NCBI GenBank assembly: GCA_963770835.1
Contig: CAVYRH010000008.1
Span: 64,001 to 128,000 of the forward strand
Origin: an uncultured Pseudomonadota bacterium
Lineage (GTDB): Bacteria > Oederibacteriota > Muellerivitia > Muellerivitales > Muellerivitaceae
DNA: 64,000 nt
Direction: 5' to 3'
Shown here: piece after piece, positions 58,033 to 64,000 of the stretch
Numbering within the stretch: position 1 is the first letter of the stretch
Layout of the letters: the number at the start of each line of letters is the position of its first letter
Program-made: the position numbers and the translations under genes
The notes under the pieces: generated by a model
Databases searched by the model: none
The model's input: the letters and a program-made list of their open reading frames with translations, nothing else
Told to the model about the DNA's origin: nothing

Positions 58033-58060
58033 TTTAACCTGGATTTAACTATCATTTGAC
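58033..58060 (+). promoter_or_regulatory. Triple Pho-box-like repeat upstream of the PHP gene
   Basis: TTTAAC (58033), TTTAAC (58044), TTTGAC (58055). Confidence 0.75.
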
Positions 58061-58098
58061 TTTTAACTTACAAGAGGTCATTACACTCAGGTTCCGGA

Positions 58099-58809
58099 AT
58101 GGCCAAAGCTGACTTACACCTCCACACCGACTTTTCCGATGGGCTTCATGCCCCCCGCCAAGTGGTTCAAGCCGCCTCGAAAGCTGGTCTCCCCATCATT
58201 GCCGTCACCGACCACGACACCATGGAAGGTGCCTTGCGCGCCCATGAATACTCCCTCCGCCGGCCTGATTTGGGCGTTCAGGTCATCCTGGGTGAGGAAG
58301 TCAGCACCCTCAACGGGCACGTTATCGGGCTTTTCCTCAAAAAATTCATTCCGGCGCGTCTTTCGGCGAAACGCACGGTAGATCTCATCCACCACCAAGG
58401 CGGCGTCGCAATCCTGGCCCATCCTTTCCATGTATATACAGGCAAACATTCCGACCACGCAAGGGCAGTTGATTTGCTTTCTGAAATCCCTTTCGACGGC
58501 ATGGAGACCATCAATCACGGGGACGCTCTTTCCTTCTGGAGCAATAAAAAAGCCCGAAAAATCATCGGCCAGCACCGTTTGGCGGCCATCGGTTGCAGTG
58601 ACGCGCATAATTCCCGCTTCATCGGCATGGGTTACACCGAATTCGACGGAAGGACGGCGGAAGATTTGCGGGCCGCTATCCTGACCCGTCGCACCCAGGC
58701 TCGTTACAACCGTTCCTGGAAAATCAACGACATCCTGGTCCATCTCAGGGATGCCGCTCCCGTCTTGAGCCGCTACTCCAAAAAAATGGCGACCGTCTCC
58801 ACCAGCTGA
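58099..58809 (+). CDS. PHP-family metallophosphoesterase
   Basis: DLHLHTDFSDG, TDHD, GEEVST, AHPF, SDAH. Confidence 0.92.
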   Translation: MAKADLHLHTDFSDGLHAPRQVVQAASKAGLPIIAVTDHDTMEGALRAHEYSLRRPDLGVQVILGEEVSTLNGHVIGLFLKKFIPARLSAKRTVDLIHHQGGVAILAHPFHVYTGKHSDHARAVDLLSEIPFDGMETINHGDALSFWSNKKARKIIGQHRLAAIGCSDAHNSRFIGMGYTEFDGRTAEDLRAAILTRRTQARYNRSWKINDILVHLRDAAPVLSRYSKKMATVSTS

Positions 58810-58813
58810 AAAT

Positions 58814-58925
58814 CAATTTCGAATTATGAATGTTAAACTTTGAATGATGGTCATTTTCTTCCGGTTTTTTTCGGAAGAAAAATTTTCCTAAATTCAAAAT
58901 TAAGAATTCAGAATTAAAAACTCCG
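58814..58925. repeat. Inverted heptamer repeats between convergent genes
   Basis: aatttcg aattatg aatgtta aactttg ... aattcaa aattaag aattcag aattaaa. Confidence 0.65.
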
Positions 58926-58940
58926 CCGTCTTTGCGGGAA

Positions 58941-59669
58941 TTACCAGTGTTGGCATTGTTCCTTCAAAGCGTTGTAATTTTCAGGTGTATCCAACTTAGC
59001 CTGTTCGGTCTGCACCGCGTCCTTGAACTGGTCGAAGGGCGGGTCCAGAACCCCAGATACAATTTCGCTGATCCTCTTTTTTCCCTCCGGAATCGATTCC
59101 ACCACGATGGGGCTGGAAACCAGAGGAATTCCCTGGGCTTGCCCCAAAGCTTCCTGAAAAACCTTTTGGTATTGCTCGTAGACCCGTCGGTGGACGGCGA
59201 CATGCTGGTTTTCATGGTCCAGGGTCACCTGGTATTCACAGCTCCCCTCCGGGTAAGCGTTGGTCACGTAAACGTTGAGGGTGTCATAAGTGAATTCCAC
59301 CCTGAGGTTCTCGACCCACATCTTGTACTCGGATTTGAACCATTTTTTGGACCAATTGACCTCATAGAGGGTTCCCGACGAATATCCGGCCTGGGTCAGC
59401 CCGTAAACGTGATAATGTTCCGCTTCCGCGCTGCTTTCGCTCAATTGTTCGATCTGGGCCGTATTAAGGTTATGGGAATAAACCGGGTCCGGAAAATGGA
59501 AGATGAACTGAACGCCGGCAGATCCCCCACCTCCCGAGTCCACAAGGGCATCCCTCGGGGTACCCTCCTTCTCAATGGACTGGGAATCGCTTTTCCAGTC
59601 GTAATACATCCACCCAAAGAATGGGAGAAGAAGCAGGACGATCAATAGGGCGAAAAGCCTGTTATTCAT
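58941..59669 (-). CDS. Membrane-anchored protein with HExxH motif (DUF922-like putative Zn peptidase)
   Basis: N-terminal TM; GLT, CEYQVTLDHENQH. Confidence 0.7.
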   Translation of the reverse strand: MNNRLFALLIVLLLLPFFGWMYYDWKSDSQSIEKEGTPRDALVDSGGGGSAGVQFIFHFPDPVYSHNLNTAQIEQLSESSAEAEHYHVYGLTQAGYSSGTLYEVNWSKKWFKSEYKMWVENLRVEFTYDTLNVYVTNAYPEGSCEYQVTLDHENQHVAVHRRVYEQYQKVFQEALGQAQGIPLVSSPIVVESIPEGKKRISEIVSGVLDPPFDQFKDAVQTEQAKLDTPENYNALKEQCQHW

Positions 59670-59867
59670 GACATTAGCTTACCAAAGTTTGAGGCACAGA
59701 GGAGGCAGGGCGTAAGGAAGGTAAAAACAAATAATCGGATAGGTCAATGGCGCCCCTACTAGAAAAGTAAATCGGAAATAGGGTACGCCATCTGGTTTTC
59801 CCATCGTTGAAGATATTTTTATTTTGCCTTACTCTGTGTCCTCCGTGAACTCTGTGGTGAAAGGGCT

Positions 59868-60839
59868 TTGTTGTCCGAAGAAACAGTCCTGCAATCCAAG
59901 GTCCCGGCCCCCATGGCTGGAAATATCCTGATCGATTATCTCTCCCAACGGTTCCGCTACCAAACGAAAGACGCTTGGTTGGATTTGATTCGTTCGGGAA
60001 AAGTCACCGTCAATGGGAACCAGGCGTCCCCGGCCCTTCCCCTTAAAAAAGGCGACCGGGTGGCCTATTCGGTAGTCCTCCGGGAGCCGCCCATTGACCC
60101 GAATATCCAAATCCTCCACGAGGAGGAATCCTTCCTGGTGGCCTCAAAGCCCGGCCAGCTCCCCTCTCACGCCGACGGGAACTTCATCAAGAACACCCTC
60201 ATCTACTTACTGACCCAAATGCTTCGGGACAAGGGTTGGAAAGGGGACGTGCGCCTAGTCCACCGCTTGGACCGGGAAACCAGCGGGCTCATGGTGGTGG
60301 CAAAAAATAGGGCCGCCCACTTGAAGCTTGTGCGCCAATTCGAGCAGGGGTCGGTTGAAAAGGAATATAGGGCCGTGTCGAAAGGGCGGATGGAGGAGAA
60401 GACCTTCGAGGTCACCGGTGCCATTGGCCGGGACCCCGAAAGCCAGATTTCGGTGCGTCAAAAGGTGGTCCCCGCGGGGACCCCTTTTTCCAAGCCCGCC
60501 TTGACCCTTTTTGAAAAGCTGGCGGACTTAAAAGACGCCACCTTGCTCAAGTGCATCCCCAAAACGGGCCGAACCAACCAGATTCGCGTCCATTTGGACT
60601 CCATCGGCCATCCTATTGTGGGGGACAAGCTCTACGGCAGGACTGACGGGGAATTCCTGGAATTCATTAAGCATGTGAAAGCCGGAGGCGACCCCGCTTT
60701 TGTGGGTCACGCGGAAACACCCCGCCACCTTTTGCACGCCTCCAAACTTTCCTTCGCCCACCCCGAAACGGGCGAACTCCTCAGCTTTGAGGCTGAAATA
60801 CCGGAAGATATGAAAAAGTTCGTTAAAAGCAATGCCTGA
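59868..60839 (+). CDS. RluA-family pseudouridine synthase with S4 domain
   Basis: KPGQLPSH, VHRLDRETSG, TGRTNQIRVH, HPIVGDKLYG. Confidence 0.95.
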   Translation: MLSEETVLQSKVPAPMAGNILIDYLSQRFRYQTKDAWLDLIRSGKVTVNGNQASPALPLKKGDRVAYSVVLREPPIDPNIQILHEEESFLVASKPGQLPSHADGNFIKNTLIYLLTQMLRDKGWKGDVRLVHRLDRETSGLMVVAKNRAAHLKLVRQFEQGSVEKEYRAVSKGRMEEKTFEVTGAIGRDPESQISVRQKVVPAGTPFSKPALTLFEKLADLKDATLLKCIPKTGRTNQIRVHLDSIGHPIVGDKLYGRTDGEFLEFIKHVKAGGDPAFVGHAETPRHLLHASKLSFAHPETGELLSFEAEIPEDMKKFVKSNA

Positions 60840-60873
60840 TCCAAAAAGATGAACCGGTTTGTTTAAGGGCGTT

Positions 60874-61662
60874 TCAAAATTTTAGGGACATCTCAGCGCC
60901 AGGAAACATATGTTGAGGGGAGTCGTTTAAGAGGGTGAGGTGCATATTAAAATTATTGGAAGAACGCATTTGATAAGCCAATTCCCCATTGATATCGGCC
61001 GACGAAAGCGGCGCGTCGATGACTGACCAGAGATAACACCCGCCAATAGTTAACACCTCCAAATAATCAAGCCCTCGATCGTTATAAGAGGAACTGTTGA
61101 GACCGAAAGAGCCCAATATTCCAGCGTCCTGAATTACACCCTTAATAACTTCATTTTCGGTGCCATTGTAATATTGCCCTAGTCCAGGAACCACCGCTGA
61201 CATTAAAAGTGAAAGAAAAGGAGACTTCCTTCCTTCCGCGCCGTAATGAGTGCCGGGATTCATTCCTATTGGAAGCGGCTTCTCCTGGAGCAGATCCTTG
61301 TTTATCTGATCCGAGGAAAGGGGGGCGTCTACGAAAGACCAAACCCAGGAACCGAAAGCAAGACCGATACCCAAGACACCTGCGGCAGAAACACCCCCCG
61401 GCTTGGTAAACAATCCATTAGAACCGCCGGTAAAGGAATTGACTCCCTCCGCCTCCGCTATAACCGCGCCACCGATAAAACCCCCGTCTTGAAAAATACC
61501 CTTGATCACCTCAGCATCGGTTCCGTTGTAATATTGCCCCACGCCGGGCAACGCTATGGACAGCACGCAGGAAAGAGCCGGATTTTTTCTGTCTTGCCCC
61601 CAAACCATATCCCCCGGCAAACCCAGCAAAACAACCAATAGAAAAAAAGCTTTCATTTTCAT
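60874..61662 (-). CDS. Exported protein with internally duplicated PG(V/L)GQYYNG domain
   Basis: RK.P.LS...S...PG.GQYYNGT..EVIKG..QD and WS..DAPLSS..IN each occur twice. Confidence 0.8.
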   Translation of the reverse strand: MKMKAFFLLVVLLGLPGDMVWGQDRKNPALSCVLSIALPGVGQYYNGTDAEVIKGIFQDGGFIGGAVIAEAEGVNSFTGGSNGLFTKPGGVSAAGVLGIGLAFGSWVWSFVDAPLSSDQINKDLLQEKPLPIGMNPGTHYGAEGRKSPFLSLLMSAVVPGLGQYYNGTENEVIKGVIQDAGILGSFGLNSSSYNDRGLDYLEVLTIGGCYLWSVIDAPLSSADINGELAYQMRSSNNFNMHLTLLNDSPQHMFPGAEMSLKF

Positions 61663-61757
61663 TTAAATACCCTCACGCATAAAACCGGTAGCCGGCCCGC
61701 TTCACAGCAATTCGCTAAGAACGACATAAAATGATTATACGGCCGGAACCAAAAAAA

Positions 61758-62540
61758 TCATTTTCTAAGAACAGCAACCATGTTCCCATCCTCGACGTCA
61801 AAAGCCTCAAAATATTCCATTTTTTTAAAGCCTATTTTCCCCGCAAAACGCTTGAGGTTTTTCCGGTTAAAGAGATGGAGATGTTCCCTGGGTTTCAAGG
61901 CTCCCCATTTTTCCTTCAACTCAACAGCCTTGGCATTGTCCGTATCCGGTGTTTGGAGCAAAAGGATACCGCCGGGCTTCAAGATGCGGTAAATATGACC
62001 CATTTCACGCGTGGGATCCTCGAAATGCTCGATCACATCGATGGCCGTAACGGCGTCGAACATCCCATCCCCCATTTTCCCCTGGGCCTCGGAGAAATTA
62101 GAAGAATGTATTTGTCCCGCATATTGGGGAAATCGGCGTTTGAAAGGCAGGGTCAATTCCGGGACCAGTTCCACTCCGGACACATCCCAGCCATGGGCAA
62201 TCGCCGCCGCCAGCAGGAATCCCTTGTTGCAGCCGATGTCGAGAAAAACAGGCCGGGTGTTCCGGGGGGCGTTGGAAAGGACCCGATCGAATATTCGGTT
62301 GGCCCGTTCCATGGATTGCCGGAAATGGCGGGCTCCCTCGAAACTTCGGAAGGGCATCAACAACTTGCGCCGCAATGATTTCCAAAACCCGCCGTCGTAT
62401 GAGCTGTAAAGTTGGTCTGCGGTCTCGATTTTATCCACGTAAACCAAGCCGCATTCCAGGCATTTCAAGTATTCGTGCGAGCCCACCTTCGCGTAAACCT
62501 TTCCTGTCCCTCCACATAGAAAACAATCACGTCGATCCAT
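61758..62540 (-). CDS. Class I SAM-dependent methyltransferase
   Basis: CxxC twice, LDIGCNKG, DVIEHFEDP, LKPGG. Confidence 0.9.
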   Translation of the reverse strand: MDRRDCFLCGGTGKVYAKVGSHEYLKCLECGLVYVDKIETADQLYSSYDGGFWKSLRRKLLMPFRSFEGARHFRQSMERANRIFDRVLSNAPRNTRPVFLDIGCNKGFLLAAAIAHGWDVSGVELVPELTLPFKRRFPQYAGQIHSSNFSEAQGKMGDGMFDAVTAIDVIEHFEDPTREMGHIYRILKPGGILLLQTPDTDNAKAVELKEKWGALKPREHLHLFNRKNLKRFAGKIGFKKMEYFEAFDVEDGNMVAVLRK

Positions 62541-62543
62541 GCC

Positions 62544-63506
62544 TCACAGACCCATCATGAATTGGAATGTCTTGTCGGACCAATCCCTCAAGTGCTCATG
62601 CCCGTAGTCGGGATAAATGGCCGTCTGCTTGGGGGCCTTGATGTTATTGAAGGCGGCGAACTGGGTGGAGGGGGGACAGATCGAATCCAGGAGGGTAATA
62701 GCCATCAGGGTCTGCGCCTGGATACGGGGCGCCAGGTGATGAACGTCGATGTAACCCAATTGGGTGAAAATCTCCTTTTCCCTTTCATGCAGGGGGTCAA
62801 AACTCCGGAAGTAATACCGCAATTCCTCATAAGCGTCCTTGTCCAAATCCATGTCCCAAACCCTTTGGTAGTCGGAAAGGAAGGGATAGCAGGGTGCGAT
62901 CCGCTTGATCCTGGGTTCCAAAGCCGCGCAGGCCAGCGTCAAGCCGCCGCCTTGGCTCCCACCCATGGCTCCCACCCGTTTGGGGTCCACTCCCGGCAGG
63001 TCCATGATAATACGGGCCATTTGGGCCGTATCCAGGAACAACTGGCGGAAAAGAAGCTTGTCCGGGTTTTCCCCCAGGCCGCGGATGATGTGCCCCCTCA
63101 AGGTCGACCCCTGAACCCCGCCCTTTTCCTCGGAATACCCACCCTGGCCGCGGCAGTCTAGGGCCGCCACCGTGAACCCCTCGGCCACGTAACCCAGCTT
63201 CTCGCTCCAATCGCCCGAGGACATACTGTAGCCGTGGAAAATCAGGAGGGCCGGCCCGGACTTGGAAATTTTTTTGGGCCGCAGGAGTTTGGCGTGGATT
63301 TTGGCTCCGCCTACGCCCGACCAATAAAGGTCGAAAAAATCCGCGTAGGATACTTGGATGGTCTTGTTGGGTTTCATTTCGACATTGGGTTCAACCGCCC
63401 GCATTTCCTTCAGGGCCTTATCCCAATAAGCGTCAAAATCTTTGGGCTTGGGATTAATCCCCTTGTAGGCTTTCAGCTTGGCCAGGGGCATATCCAGAAG
63501 TGGCAT
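62544..63506 (-). CDS. Acetyl xylan esterase / cephalosporin-C deacetylase (CE7)
   Basis: PKDFDAYW, FHGY, RGQ, GGSQGG, DSICPPSTQFA, YGHE. Confidence 0.93.
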   Translation of the reverse strand: MPLLDMPLAKLKAYKGINPKPKDFDAYWDKALKEMRAVEPNVEMKPNKTIQVSYADFFDLYWSGVGGAKIHAKLLRPKKISKSGPALLIFHGYSMSSGDWSEKLGYVAEGFTVAALDCRGQGGYSEEKGGVQGSTLRGHIIRGLGENPDKLLFRQLFLDTAQMARIIMDLPGVDPKRVGAMGGSQGGGLTLACAALEPRIKRIAPCYPFLSDYQRVWDMDLDKDAYEELRYYFRSFDPLHEREKEIFTQLGYIDVHHLAPRIQAQTLMAITLLDSICPPSTQFAAFNNIKAPKQTAIYPDYGHEHLRDWSDKTFQFMMGL

Positions 63507-63555
63507 CGTCGGCTCCTTTAGAAAAAATCCACCGTAAAGCTATTGGCTCAACTCG

Positions 63556-64000
63556 TTAAAGACTCTTATCCTGTTGTTCCCAAAGGGTGATCCCCCCCAG
63601 GATACCCGCATCATTCGAGACGGCTTTCGTGTTGGGGTCCAGCTTGAAGTCAATATTACGGGCATTCCCTCCGCCGATATAAACCCGGTCGGGGTTCAAG
63701 AGCGTGTTCAACAGCTCCAGGGCGTGTTGCACCCGTTTGTTCCACTTCTTTTTTCCCTTTTTCTTGAGGACCTTGTCCCCGATGTATTCGTTGTAGGTCT
63801 TGTTGTCCCAGGCGGGGTGTTGGGCCAATTCCATTCGTTGCATCAATTCCCCGTTCCGGAAAAGGGCCGTCCCCACCCCGGTGCCCAGCGTCACCACCAA
63901 CTCCACGCCCTTGCCGCCGATGACCGCCGTTCCCTGCATATCGGCGTCGTTCAGGATGCGCACGGGCTTGCCCCAACGGTCCCCCAAAGTCTTGGCCAAT
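63556..64000 (-). CDS. ROK-family sugar kinase, polyphosphate-glucokinase-like (5' partial)
   Basis: LNDADMQG, TLGTGVGTA, ELAQ, IGGGNA, NDAGILGG. Confidence 0.85.
   Translation of the reverse strand, partial: LAKTLGDRWGKPVRILNDADMQGTAVIGGKGVELVVTLGTGVGTALFRNGELMQRMELAQHPAWDNKTYNEYIGDKVLKKKGKKKWNKRVQHALELLNTLLNPDRVYIGGGNARNIDFKLDPNTKAVSNDAGILGGITLWEQQDKSL

Noticed and set aside
59693..59860. CTCTGTG-type 9-mer repeats before the RluA gene
   Set aside because: Short, common REP-like intergenic repeat with a degenerate partner arm; nothing specific to add.

Overview
A 64-kb piece of a GC-rich diderm bacterial genome (porins, TolC and lipoproteins present). Thr/Pro-repeat lipoproteins are reminiscent of candidate phylum FCPU426, but that is an unverified impression. 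Phosphate genes sit at both ends. The left block (1-19.1 kb) holds an acid-sphingomyelinase/endopolyphosphatase-like phosphoesterase, two paralogous lipoproteins, an OprO/P porin, an orphan cheA-cheW-MCP triad, pstSCAB-phoU and a DcaP-like porin. The right block (50.7-58.8 kb) holds PAP2, ppx, a thymidylate-kinase-like pair, phoR-phoB and PHP. Pho-box-like 11-bp repeats lie in front of most of these units. Between the blocks is a ~31-kb accessory region: a membrane-anchored Mrr, an unusual ParB-TM fusion, an ars operon led by a MerR-family regulator with a ZntR-like promoter, a persulfide-detox cluster, and an uncharacterised 32.6-50.3 kb region. The best candidate for an undescribed system is in that last region. 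Five 114-123 aa ORFs have an N-terminal hydrophobic segment and all end in Leu-Arg-Ile-stop using different codons, each upstream of a same-strand gene (candidate ribosome-arrest leader peptides). They are interleaved with a duplicated cassette (ECF-like promoter, Gly-rich secreted protein, LRI ORF, degenerate HPr), a stand-alone zinc anti-sigma domain and an RND-RND-TolC operon lacking an adaptor. Several genes carry single-base frameshifts that are probably assembly errors. No CRISPR array, rRNA, complete tRNA, integrase or transposase was recognised. All calls come from reading motifs by eye; no searches were run.
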